DNA from: Takakia lepidozioides
Lineage: Eukaryota; Plantae; Bryophyta
Direction: 5' to 3'
Assembly: GCA_030704615.1 (NCBI GenBank)
Contig: CM060731.1
Coordinates: forward strand, 44,578,001-44,642,000
DNA: 64,000 bases
The notes under the pieces are model-generated. The model saw only the letters and a list, made by a program, of their open reading frames with translations. It was not told the origin of the DNA and ran no database searches. The translations under genes were made by a program, and so were the position numbers. Of this stretch, positions 14,490 through 26,879 are shown piece by piece (the stretch's first letter is position 1; the number at the start of each line of letters is the position of its first letter).

Positions 14490-17400
14490 TTCAAGCATTA
14501 AACCCTCAACTTCACTATCTCCTTTTTAAATTCTTTCAACTCTGTTACAAACTAAAACGAATCCCACACTCCTGGAAACACAGCCGGACCATTCTACTTT
14601 TCAAAAAAGGCGATCCTACAGATCTCAGTAATTACAGACCCATAGCACTGGCCAACACCATATACAAGCTATTCACCAGTACGCTCACCACAATGCTATC
14701 AAGATATGGCGAGCAACACCAAATTCTCAGTGATCCCCAAGAAGGATTCCGAGCTACACGTAGTACAACACGACAAATACAATATGTTGTCTCCGCACTT
14801 GAAGATGCTAAACTTACAAAGCAAGACATCTATCTTCTATACATCGATTTTTAAAATGCCTTCGGCTCCTAAGACCATGCCAGATTACTTGCTATCATGC
14901 TTGATCTTGGGTACCCCACCGATGCCGTCCAACTAATAAGAAACATCTACACAAACAGCACTACTGAATACTTTGGCACATATTATGGCTCCACCCCGCC
15001 TATCCCCATCCCCATTGACATCTCAGCTGCAACATATGCAGACGACCTAGCCATCCTGGCACATAAACCACAACACCTCAACCGACAAGTTAATAAACTA
15101 CTCAGATTCAACCTATGGTCAGGCATAGAACTCAGCTTACACAAGTGCGCCATCACAGCCGCCACACATCATAGTCGGCTCACCAAAACTGCCATAGCCT
15201 CACATTGTAAACTCTATGTACACTACCAAAACACACCCTTCCCCTTCCTAGGACCAGACGAGCCATACATTTACTTAGGCATACAACTCGTTCCCTCCCT
15301 TACTTGGCATATCCAAAAAGAATCTACATCATCCAAACTCACTACCAAAAGTATTGCCCTGCTTAAATCCCCAATTGTCATTCGACCAAAACTATCAATC
15401 ATTCAATCATTCAATCAGTACTACAAACACAAATTCAATATTCGTTCCACCCCGCACCCTTCTCCGTATCAGACATCAAAAAACTTGATAAAAGTATTAT
15501 CCAGCTAACAAAACGTGTATATGGTCTACCAACTAACACCCCCAATGCCCTCACACAACTACCTACGGACTACTACGACATTGGTTCAAGCCCATTAATC
15601 ATCTCATAGCTCAAACATTAGGCACCCAATTAAAAGAAACACTCAATGATCTTGGGCGTCTAGGTATCATTTATCAAGGACTTCTCAAATATCTTGCATC
15701 TAAATACAATGGTCTATACTCATTATCATCCCTGCACCCACAAGCCTGCCTACACTCCCCCACTGCACGCACACTACTCATCCTGCGCCAAATGAAAATT
15801 AGCATACAAACTGATCTGCCTGACTATCCTAACGCCTCATCATCCTTAGAACGCGCATGGCTTACAAGCCCTTCTCTACCACAGTTTGACATTTCTTATC
15901 CCAAACAAAAGGTTCTCTTCCTCACATATTTCAAAGAACAACACATCACCACCCTCACCCAACTTATTACCGCCACTGGCCATAGACTTTTAAAACCTAG
16001 CGAATTCACTCTTAAATTCTCTCGAGCCACGACCAAAACCAATCGCTACCTACATCATCTTCGTACCCTCTTCTGCCATCCCTCGACCGCCTGCACTCTA
16101 CAATGTGACCTCCCATGCCTCTTCTATCCGCATACGGCTCAAGACCTGCTCCCCCAGTACCGTTCTACCCCTACTACCTCCATCTACCAAACACTCCAAA
16201 CGGCATATGTCCAATACCCAAACAGACATAGAATCTGATTTCCCCTCTCAAGTAACTAACACACAACACCCTGAACCTATCCGCCACTTGCATATGTCAT
16301 CCAATCCCTCACGTGCTAGGCAAGGATCCCACACCCCCCTAACCACCGCACCATCCCCCCCACCCTCACCACAATACGACGACAATAACAATGCTTATAT
16401 CATTGAAGCTATACTATGAGTTAAAACCCAAACGTCCATTGATGCCTTTGGAGCCACCTGCATTGATACATACTATCACTGTCAATGGGCTGGGTACTCT
16501 TCCGCAGACAACACATGGCAGATAGAAGACGACCTCTTCGGCCGACATGACGATTGCGACCCCGAACACAATCTTGCCCTCCTCACCACCTTCCATAAAC
16601 AAACCAACACCAACTATCTAACACACATGCACCAACAACACACCACTTCCGCCCAACCTACAGATAACAGATCTATACACCAGCCACTCTATGCCCCCAA
16701 TGTGCACATCTGCATAACTGAATGTAATCCTGACAAAGATGTCAAGCATGATCAACCTCTAATCCACATGGGCCCCCGCCTTTCCAACATTTACGCTCAA
16801 CATGGCCGTTTCATTGGCCTCATCCCAATACAAGACTAACGTGGCTCTGGGAGAACTACTCTACTACTCCCTCATCCCCACAGTCGCTACAACCCCCGAA
16901 ACAAAACTTTGCTACCGAATTATATTGGCTAGTTGATCGCTACCTAAAAGACACTCCCCCCAAGAAACCACGGTCCCTCACTAAATTGGAAACAGCATGT
17001 GCGCACCATATTATACCCCAAGATATTCTCTCCTTACTTATCAACACATTCCAGCTTACTCATTCATATTACTCCAACCCACTGACATGCCATATGGCAT
17101 TGCCCACATTTTCTAGCCCGCACCACAGAGACTGTATCTTTGGAGCCACTGGTACTGCCACCCAGCATACCTGGGAAGGCCGGGGCCTTGCCCACCCTCC
17201 ACCTGGTTCTCCTTCTCACGAAGCTCTTCAATGGGCAAAACTTGTTGCGCACTCCTCTCCTACTGCATCCACAATCCTCATCCTCACACAACAAAACACT
17301 CATAATATCTCTCACCCTCTTCTACAACTCCCAGAAGAGGTCAATCTACTCGCCACAATTGACCCAAACCAGCTTAAGTATATACCCCCGGCATACAGCC

Positions 17401-19210
17401 ATACCGTCATCTTTCTTTTCTCAGCTCGAACAATTGCTCACCATCACTCATAAAATAAAGGCCACCATCCATTATCCAACCATCCTCTCCCACACCCATA
17501 CACCCACCACATTGTCCCGGATCAAAACCAACAAAGCTTGGAACATTGCAACACCGCGCCCTTCCCATGTCACACCAACAACACCTCTACCCCCAATCCC
17601 TGCAATATATCAACAAAACATTATCCCCAAATACCCACTGGCCAATTCACATTACACTGACGCATCCCTCACCAAACCTAACGCATGGTATGGAATCTAT
17701 CACGCCGGCACCAGTGAAGGCATTGCCCTCAGGCTCCCTGGCCCTGCCACCATCCTCCGGGCTGAACTCATGGCCATTTATGACGCCCTCTCTCTACTTG
17801 ACACCTCCCCCCCCACACTACATCTTCACCGACAGCCTTACCTCACTATTCCTCATTCGTAACCACATCTCCAACCCCTCTGCCCATCATCATCACCCCG
17901 ACCGCAACCTCATTGCCAATATTGTCCAGAGGGCCATCTCCCTAGGCCACCCAGTCCATATACTCAAAGTCTGTTCGCATACTGGCATCCATGGTAATGA
18001 AGAAGCAGACCTACTCGCCCAACTTAGCGCCTCCCAACCCATAGTTGAACCCTCGAACGACCCTATTCACATCGCCCACACCCATCCTTTCTGGTTGATA
18101 CACCCCGTTCCAGACCCACCTGCACCCAGACCAGTCCGAAACCTCCTGACCACTCTGACCAGAGAAGCAAATAAACAAGCGGCAGCCTCCATCAGCCATA
18201 CCAAAGTACACATCCAAAAATGGACTCAATCCAATGTACTACACCATAAACTCTCCAATCATTTCTGGCTAACCAAAGCCACCACCGACGCACAAATCCG
18301 ACAAACACTCAAATTCCGATATGCCCAATACATGGGCCACCAACGCAAACACATCTTCTGGCCACATCTGTTCCCATCCCCATACTGCTCGTTATGTGCA
18401 ACCACCCACCAAGCTCGTGACACTTGGCCACATCTCCTCAGCCAATGTACGCACCCAATTATACATGGCTTACATATCACGCGTCATAACCAGGTAGTCT
18501 GGCACCTCCACAAGCTCTTTCTAAAACGTGCTACCCGTTGGTTCTCGCTCATGAATGCAGGCACCTACCAGGGACGGCCACCCGACCACACAGTACCACC
18601 GTGGCTACTACCATGCATATGTACCCAAACACCATGCTCATGCCCCGCTCGACTTTGCCCGGACATACTCCTCGTCCAAGGTCTACCTATCAACACTTTA
18701 CCCCCCACCTCACCATCCCCACAACTCACCATCCATTTCATTGAATTCACATTTTGCCATTATCGTTATCCAAATGATTCAATCTTAGAAAAACGGCAAA
18801 AATATGCCCCGCTTATCCTTGCACTCCGAAGGCGTGGCTGGAAAACCGGCCCGTTAACTATCATCACAGCCGGCACTCGAGGTGGCATTCATAACACCAA
18901 TATCACGGACATACACGATAACTTCCAAATTCCCATTTTTCCCATCCACAAATGTTTCAAAGAAATCCATCTCACGGCACTCCGTTCACTCACAGCTATT
19001 ATCACCAACAAACGCCAACTGGAATCCGGCACTTCAAACGCACCTTAGGTCCCCCGGGATACCCCTGGGTACCCAGGGGTACCCTCGCCCCCTCTATTCT
19101 TAGCGGTCACCTGGTGTCCCCCTGGACACTTTTTGTTATAGGGCCCACCCCCGAAAGGGGGCAGTAGCCGCAAGGCGAAGTGGCTCTTAGTTACGCCGGC
19201 CTCGGCCGGA

Positions 19211-19212
<2 letters not shown>
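14490..19212 (+). mobile_element. 5'-truncated, decayed non-LTR retrotransposon with RT + RNase H + CCHC + restriction-like endonuclease (Dualen/RandI-like)
   Basis: RT motifs KKGDPTDLSNYRPIAL, QEGFR, LYIDF*NAF and YADD (15035-15046), then YLGI. RNase H: YTDAS..RAELMAI..IFTDSL..KVCSHTGIHGNEEAD (~17650-18020). CSLC..H....C knuckle, RHN, PD, IEFTFC and KRQKY (RLE), stop at 19048. Multiple stops and frameshifts. Confidence 0.9.

Positions 19213-19307
<95 letters not shown>
19213..19307. repeat. (CT)n microsatellite, ~47 units, abutting the LINE 3' end
   Basis: Perfect TC dinucleotide run. Confidence 0.97.
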
Positions 19308-19309
<2 letters not shown>

Positions 19310-19774
19310 GTATATTATAAATAAATTAAACAAAAAAAACTGGTTCAAAAAATGTAGATGCGTGTACAGCCTGTCCTCGAAGATTTGAGCCCACGACCAA
19401 GCTTGTAAGCTGCTTAGACTCGAGAAGTCTTGTGGGGGCATCCCGAGAACATGCCTGGTAGGAAGCCACAGAGGGGTTTCTTAAATCAACTATGGGAAGA
19501 TCACATATACTTTCATCGTTCCCTTCATGTCCGGTGCTAGAGAATCTTGGAAAACAAAATCAACTAAGCAATGGACTGAAAGATGGCATATATAATCGGC
19601 ACAGTGTGCACCTGGAGGAGGGTATTTCAAGTGAACATTGGGATGATGGAAATGGGATCACTGTTCTATTCCTAGAGCTCAACTGTCCAGGGTTTGATCC
19701 CGCCTGACCCTAATGCAATTGTATAGAATGTATTCATAAGACGTTGTGCCGTAGCCTTGTGGCCATTACGGTTT

Positions 19775-20222
19775 GAGCGGAAACCAGAGGGACAGAACCT
19801 ACCTCTGTCAGGGGCTAACATTGCTAGTAAGACTTACCTTTATACATAGAATTGATTCGGGTTTTCCAGATATCCTTTAGAAATCCCTTCACACAAGCAT
19901 CAATCTGCTTTGTATGATTTGCCCAAAAACTAGGCCTCATAAGGGCCTGGGCTTTTGGCTCAGCCTCGAGACTTTCAAAGTTGGTAAACAGAGGTACAGG
20001 CACAATTCTCTTGATAGATTGGAGGAGAGCTTCTCTCTGGTGAGAGTACTCCGGACAGTGCATCAAAAAACGAATATTGTCTTCGGGTTGCCCACACAAC
20101 GGGCAATTGCACTCTCCCTTTCCTCTCTGCTTCTGTTTACTGTTCAAAGGTAGGCTTCCTGCCCTGAGTTCAAATTTCAGTCTGGTACCGAGAGTGGGTA
20201 GACCCTTGAGGTCATCCATGAC
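19775..20222 (-). mobile_element. 3' fragment of a second LINE family (RTE-X/L1-like C-terminal Zn-knuckle)
   Basis: GTRLKFELRAGSLPLN..CPLC..EDNIRFLMHCPEY..FLKDIWKTR. A closely similar copy is at 35936-36370. Confidence 0.75.
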
Positions 20223-20574
20223 CTGCAATTGTATAGAGTGATACACATAGGAAAGCCATTTGTGATGATGTTCTCTTCTCACACTTGCCCATAAACAGGT
20301 TCATATCGGTACACATAAAAGCTGAAGGCTTACAGCCAAATAAGCTGGCAGAGAGTGCCAATAAGATGAAGCCCTGCAAATGTGAAAATTCCAATATCAT
20401 TTCCTGCAATGATACCTTTTCAAGGATGCAGCTTGCCTACCTTTGAACAAGAAACAGATGCAAAGAGGAAAAGAGATTGTAATTGGCCAATGAGCGGGCA
20501 GCCTAAGACAATATATATTTTCTAATACATTGTCCGGGATATTCTCCCCAGAGAGTGACTTGCTTCAAGAATAT

Positions 20575-20725
20575 CAATAAGATTGTCCCTCCGCCTCTGT
20601 TCACCAACTTTGAAAATCTTGAGGCTAAGCCTAAAGCCATGGCCCTGTTCGGATCTAATTGATGGGCAGACCGCACATCAGATTGATTCTGGCTGTCTAG
20701 AGGATATTAGGACAGCCTGAACTCA
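20575..20725 (+). mobile_element. Degenerate inverted copy of the same LINE 3' fragment
   Basis: CCTCTGTTCACCAACTTTGAAAATCTTGAGGCTAAGCCTAAAGCC..GGTAAGTC is the reverse complement of part of 19826-20020. Confidence 0.6.
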
Positions 20726-21934
20726 TTTATATACAAAGGTAAGTCACACTACCGGAGTGAGCCCCTCACAAAGGTCGTTTTTGTTCCCTTTAGTTCCGCC
20801 CCAACTGGGTGCAGGGTCTATTATGGCAAGCGTTGTCTTATGAGTACAATCTTTCTCCAACCCACTATAGTGCTCAGTCCAAAGTGGAATCTGGCTCAAA
20901 TCAGCCAGGTCATGCCTGATAAGAACAAATGTGCTGACAGGGGTGTATTGCAACTCAAGAAGAGAAAGGTTCGGACTCTAAAGAAAGTTCACCCCAAAAA
21001 CTTAGGCCCACCACAGGGCCTGTGTAATTGCCCCATGAGTGACATCACAAACACTAGGTAAATTGTGGAGAAAACACCAATAGTCCAATAACAGCTTACA
21101 TATGAGTCGGCAAGAAAGGCTCCCAACAAAGGATATGATGTTAGTAGTCCCCACGAAATTTGTGACCAAGGTAGATGAATCTGTGAAGCTGATATGGATG
21201 CTACATACCAAGTAAAATACCAGGTTCAGTATAATTCCAAAGTATGCCATTGTCTCTGCAGTCTCATTGCCTGCACACATACACCAGTTCATAAACTAGT
21301 GGCATTTTTCCATAGTTTACATGTGTACTCAGGTTAATTTTAATTAGAAAATACTGGTGTTGTTGTACTCTGGTTCTAAGGGGTAGATAAGCCCTTTACT
21401 GTAATTGCAAACCGCCACTGTAACCCAAGTACACACGCTACTGTTCTCTGTGACCTACAGATACTGCCACCATTTATTGCCTGTCCAGGTCCCACAAACA
21501 AGACAAATGTTTTGGACTAGACCTGTACCTAAGACATCCAATCTCCATTGAATTTTGCTTGCACGACTCAGGGTGTCACATTACCCGGATTATATGTTCA
21601 AAAAACAATGTAACAGTGTAGTAACACATAGTATATCTTTAAAAATAATGTAACTGTCAAATAATATACAACTCTATATACACAAGTATTATCCTACTTC
21701 ATCTTCATCTAACTCATCTGCATGCGTATACCACCAAGGCTCATTTGGAGATACATCTTTTTATGCAACCTTAGTATTAACCATATTCAAAGTCCTAGTT
21801 ATAGCATGTTTTTTTGTTCACTAACGCAATACCTAATTTGTCACGTCCGACATCAGCGACGGACGTGCATCACGTCACGTTCTAAACGGACGTTACTGTA
21901 CATAAATATATTTATTACTTCACTATTGATTATT

Positions 21935-22565
21935 TACTATGAGAACCGACATGGCAACCGATGTGGCCTCATTACATGGACTTCATTATTTTATCTATAA
22001 AATTCATATATTATGATTTATATTGTCAATCATGCAACCGTCAGCAACGGTTGGTCGGACATTTAAAAAAAAATAGGTACGACCACCAGAAGGGGGTGGT
22101 CGCACATTTTTTCTTATTTTTTAAATGGGTGCGACCACCAGCAAGTGGTGGTCGCAGCATTTTCATTTTTTTAATAGGTGCGACCACAAGCAGAGGGTGG
22201 TCGCACATTTTTATTTTATTTTAAATTGGGTACGACCACCAGCAGATGGTGGTCGAAACATTTTCATTTTTGTTAAATAGGTGCGACCACCAGCAGGGGA
22301 TGGTCGCACATTTTTAATTATTTTTTAAATGGGTGCGACCACCAGCCGGTGGTGGTCGTAGACTTTTTTCTTTTTTGTTATTAGGTGCGACCGCTTATGG
22401 GGGGTCACACATTTTCGTTTTGTTTTTAAAAAGGTGCGATCACCAGCAGGGGGGGTGGGTCGCAGCAATTTTTTTGTTTTGTTATTAGATGCGACCACCC
22501 ATAGGTGCGACCGCTACCTGGACACGTGGCGAGGCGCGAATGGGCAGCAGAGGCGGTCGCGCGCC
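21935..22565. mobile_element. Degenerate CACTA-like terminus with array of subterminal hairpin repeats
   Basis: About 9 units of GTGCGACCACC-loop-GGTGGTCGCAC separated by T-rich linkers at ~50-bp period (22074-22560). A possible decayed terminus TACTATGAGAA is at 21935. Confidence 0.6.
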
Positions 22566-22744
22566 GCTCAAGGCAGGCCTCTCAAGGCAGTATATAAGGG
22601 CCTACCCCCCATTCTCAACCCATTTTTTTCCCTCTCTATGAGTGCGGTGTGGTGGTGTGAGGGTTCAACTCACAAAACAAAATCATTGCGCCCCACAATC
22701 CTATGCCCTCTAAATCATTTTATTTAGTAAAAGTCCAGTTCAAT

Positions 22745-24372
22745 TCAAAATTGGATGAAAGGGTGAACGGAAACTTCCCCGATTGAAATGATATTTTATT
22801 GCTCCGAAACTTTGCAAGTGTCTTCTACATGCCCTCTTACACGTCTTTGAGAAGTATGACATCAATCTAAAATGGTTTAAAGGGTGAACCAATTGTCCCC
22901 CTACCCAATGATTTTAAATTGATTTGAAACTTTGCAAGTGTCTTGTACATGCCCTCTTACAGGTCTTTCACAAGTTTCAAGTCAATCTAAAATGGTTGAA
23001 AGGGTGAATCAATCATGAACATATCAAATGATTTTTGAGTGCTTTAAAACTTTGCAAGTGTCTTTCACATGCCATCTTAAAGGTACCGGACAAGTATGAG
23101 GTCAGTAAAATATGGTTGAAAGGGTGAACCAATTGTTCCCCTATCAAATGATTTTACATTGCTTTGAAGCTTTGCAAGTGTCAGCCACATGCCCTCTTAC
23201 AAGTACCGGACAAGTATGACGTGAATAAAAATGGTTGAAAGGGTGAACCAATCATTCCGCTATCAAATGATTTTGTATTGCTTTGGATGTCATTGCTTTG
23301 GTAATTCTAGCCCCCCAATGGCCCATTCTAACCCTTGAATTACAATTCAAAATGCAATTCAGCCCTTAAAATTGGTAATGCTAGTCCTAAAATGACCAAC
23401 TCCCGGCCGCCCCTCAAATTGTAATTTGAGCCCTTGAAATTGTCAATTCCAACCCCTCAAATTGCAATTGAAGCCCCTGAAATTTAATTCCAACCCCTCA
23501 AATTGCAATTGTAGCCTGTGAAATGGCAATTTCAGCCCCTCAAATTGCAAGTCCAGCCCCTAAAATTGGCAATTCGAGCCCCAGAAATGGCAATTCGAGC
23601 CCCAGAAATGGCAATTTCAGCCCCTGAAATTGGCTATGCGTGAACCAATCATTCCCCTGCCAAATGATTTTGGATTGATTTGAAACTTTGCAAATGTCTT
23701 GTACATGCCCTCTTAAAGTTACTGGACAAGTATGATGTCAATGTAAAATGGTTCAAAGGGTGAACCAACAGTTCCCCTGTTGGATGATTCATGATTAATC
23801 GTTAACGATTGATCTCATAAATTGAGCCAAAAATAAAATCGATGTGTGCCAGAACCCCCCAATGAAAGGCAGTGCAAACCTATTTATTGGCTTAAAATTA
23901 ATTTAAATTCAACTGCATTCTGGAATGGCTTGGCGTCGATGGGGAGGCAAATGATTTATTCGTCTGTTCATATATTCGTGATTAATCGTTAATGGTGAAA
24001 AGGATAAACCAAAGGTTCCTTGATAAATAAAAAAATTGAATGATTTGAAATTTTGCCAGTATGTTCTACATGCCCTCTTACATGGACCGGACAAGTATGA
24101 GATCAATAAAAAATGGTTCACAGGATGAACCAATGGTTACTTGATGTGCCGATTTCTTATTGCTTTCAAACTTTGCCATTGCATTGTACATGCCCTCTTA
24201 AAGGTACCGGACAAGTATGAGTTCAATTTAAAATATTGCAATGGGTAAACCAATGGTATCTTCATTCAGTAATTTTTTATTGTTTTGAAATTTTGCCAGT
24301 ATATTGTACATGCCGTCGAACAGGTACCGAACAAGTATGAGGTCATTCAAAAATGGTTCAAAGGATGAACCT
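22745..24372. repeat. ~120-bp tandem repeat array, interrupted by a ~21-bp minisatellite (23300-23640)
   Basis: The unit AAATGGTTGAAAGGGTGAACCAAT..AAACTTTGCAAGTGTC..ACATGCCCTCTTA..GGACAAGTATGA recurs at ~22750, 22870, 22990, 23110, 23230, 23750, 24110, 24230 and 24350. The inner repeat is CAGCCCCTCAAATTG(G)CAATT. Confidence 0.9.
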
Positions 24373-24506
24373 CATATTTCCAAGAAATTACGTAGACTAT
24401 ATAGTGGGTTGCACATTTAAGTTTTCGCAACCTGAGACCTTTGGCCTACTCCCTACGTTTCTAGCTTTTCTAGTCATCTTCATCTAGATTAATTACTTCG
24501 TTGTCG

Positions 24507-25610
24507 TCATCTCCAGATGTTGATGAAGATGCTCCGAGTGTAGAGGACCTGCCTCCACCAGTACGGAGAGCTCGAGCCTGGGCTCGAGTGGTCAAAGAGG
24601 GACCCCAGTGTTGTGTGGTCCACCCTTGCCATCATGCGTAGCGTTCTAGGCGAGTGCTGACTCTCTTCCACATTTGCCAGAGCCGGGTTTGTCGCTCTTG
24701 CTACGGCTTCATGCAATTTTTCAATTAAATCCGATATGTTTGGAAGTGACAAGAACACCCCTGGAATAGGGGCAACTTGGTCACGCCATGTGTTCTGCCA
24801 ATACTTTACAACACTCATGATGGCAGCCTTGAAATTGTCCAACACCTCTTTCTGCTGGGGGTCTCTGCGCAACTCTGGAGGAAATGGCCCTTCATCCCGA
24901 CGAGGCACCCAGTACCTCTCATTCATATCATCCCAACGGATGCTAACATCCTCCAACTCCCTCAGAAATAGGTCTCTTCAAATCGGTTCGCGATTGTATG
25001 GGTCGTTTTCCACTGGCACCCACGGATCCTCAGGCAGTCAAAAGAATCTTTGTCTGGTACAGCTCCAATACCCTCCCAAGTTCCGGCAAAAAAACTCCCT
25101 TTGGACTGGGTCCCGTATGCCTCTAGTACGCACGGTTATTTCCCAGTTGGATGTCACCCAAAAGGTCACCAGATCTGAACCCTAGATAACGTCATAGCAT
25201 CCAAGGCGTGTATCTCTCTTGGAGCATCCCATGTCATTGTCTCCCCCCAGTGCGGACAATTTAAAAAATCGTAAGGCTCCACATCCAATGGCATGTTGTA
25301 CCGGTTGTACTCGTATCCCGTGGGCAAATGTCTAGCAATTCCAAGAACCTCTAAAAGAATTGTTTGGACAATCTTTCCTTCTCAGTTCCACAGGGAATTT
25401 GATTCACATCAAATTCTTTAATTCTTCAACCACCATGATCCCACCAGATGCCTGTCACATCTGGTTGTTCATGACCCAGTTCCCCAGTATGGTCGCCAAA
25501 TGTTGAGCGGCTTTTACTCACCCATCCCTTTGCTATCCGAGGTGGAAACTCCAAGATAGAAGAGTTGGATATCTCTAAGCACTCAGCCCGCTCAGAACAA
25601 TCATTCATGA
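24507..25610 (-). pseudogene. Decayed coding remnant of unknown (probably TE-encoded) protein
   Basis: Protein-like ORF MEDVSIRWDDMNERYWVPRRDEGPFPPELRRD.. next to TE-type repeats. No recognisable domain. Confidence 0.3.
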
Positions 25611-26879
25611 CCTGCAGCTAGTGAATCATGGTTTGTGCTTCATATTTGTATTCCTTCTTGCCTTCATGTTATCAATTTACCTTACCATGTATACTGAAGC
25701 ATCAGATTGCTTCAGTATCTACTAAGTTCCAATTAATCATGCATTCATTCCACAGCTTCTCTCGTGTCTCTCTACACAGTATGTTTGTATCGATTCAGTA
25801 TCGGATTAAAATTTATCATGTATCATGCCTATGCCATGGTGTCTCTAAACCACCTAACTAACTAACCGTCACCCCTGAAGTAACACGTTCCCTCTGCAGA
25901 TGTCGTTCCCACACAGTCGTTCCCTGTCAATGATAACTGTTCCCCATGTACTGTGACAGGCTGTGTAAAGCTGTGTCGGGCTGTGTCGGGCTGTGTCAAA
26001 CTGTGTCTGGCTGTGATAGACTGTAACGAGCTATCTAACCCCCCTAAAGCCTGCGTCTGCCACCCCTAAGGCTCCTGTTGGTCTCAGTCTACCATTCATA
26101 AGTCTGCGCAAAAATTAAGGGTACCCCACAGAACCCGTAAAAGCGTCTAAGTCCCAAGCAGCCCTCTAACATGCGGGAGATGTGCAGGTCGAATCGTCGG
26201 ATGATGACAACCGGCTGTTGTCATTCCTTCACCGACATCGTGCCCCTGTGAACCGTGCTTCATCTCACGCCGCTCCATCTTATGTTTCTCTTTCTCAAGC
26301 CGGTCCATCCCATGCTGGTCCATCTAGTCTCTCTCCCCCTCATGTAATTCCTTCCATCGCTACTCCGATCCTGGTAGATGTTTCTTCTGCTACGGGACTT
26401 CTGCAAGTCAAACCATTGGATGACGATGACCGGCCATTGTCGTTTCATCTGGCCCGACGACGTCCGCATGTGAACCGTGCTCCCTCGACCCTCGCTGGTC
26501 CATCTCATGCCCTTTCCTATCATGTCGGCCCCTCTGATGAACGTGCGAGTAGTCTTCCTCATACGAGACCTACTCCAAGGCCACCACGAAATCCGGGACA
26601 AGCCCAGAAACGGCAGAGAATGACCCCTCCTCTTCCCAAATATCTCAAATGGAAGGAACCCACCCTAACCCTAATTCTACACATCCAAAACCTTTTGTTG
26701 GTGACCGACCTGTGAACAGGCCTGATACCCTAGATGGTATTCATGATAGGAGTGGAAATCGACCAGAGAGACAACTGAACGTACTCCGAGGACGACTACA
26801 GGTCCAACGGCCAGTTGCCTCTGGAAACAAAAGAACAGATGGAGATCATGATTCTAGCACTGATAATGGGAACAGGGGT

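Noticed and set aside
19141-19212. Hammerhead or HDV ribozyme call for the LINE 3' structure
   Set aside because: No CUGANGA..GAAA core and no nested double pseudoknot could be identified by eye. Kept only as a structured RNA of unknown function.
19187-19441. ORF with poly-ER tract
   Set aside because: Translation of the (CT)n microsatellite.
22074-22565. CRISPR-like repeat-spacer appearance
   Set aside because: Eukaryotic context, degenerate repeats, low-complexity mutually similar T-rich spacers and no cas genes. It fits TE subterminal repeats.
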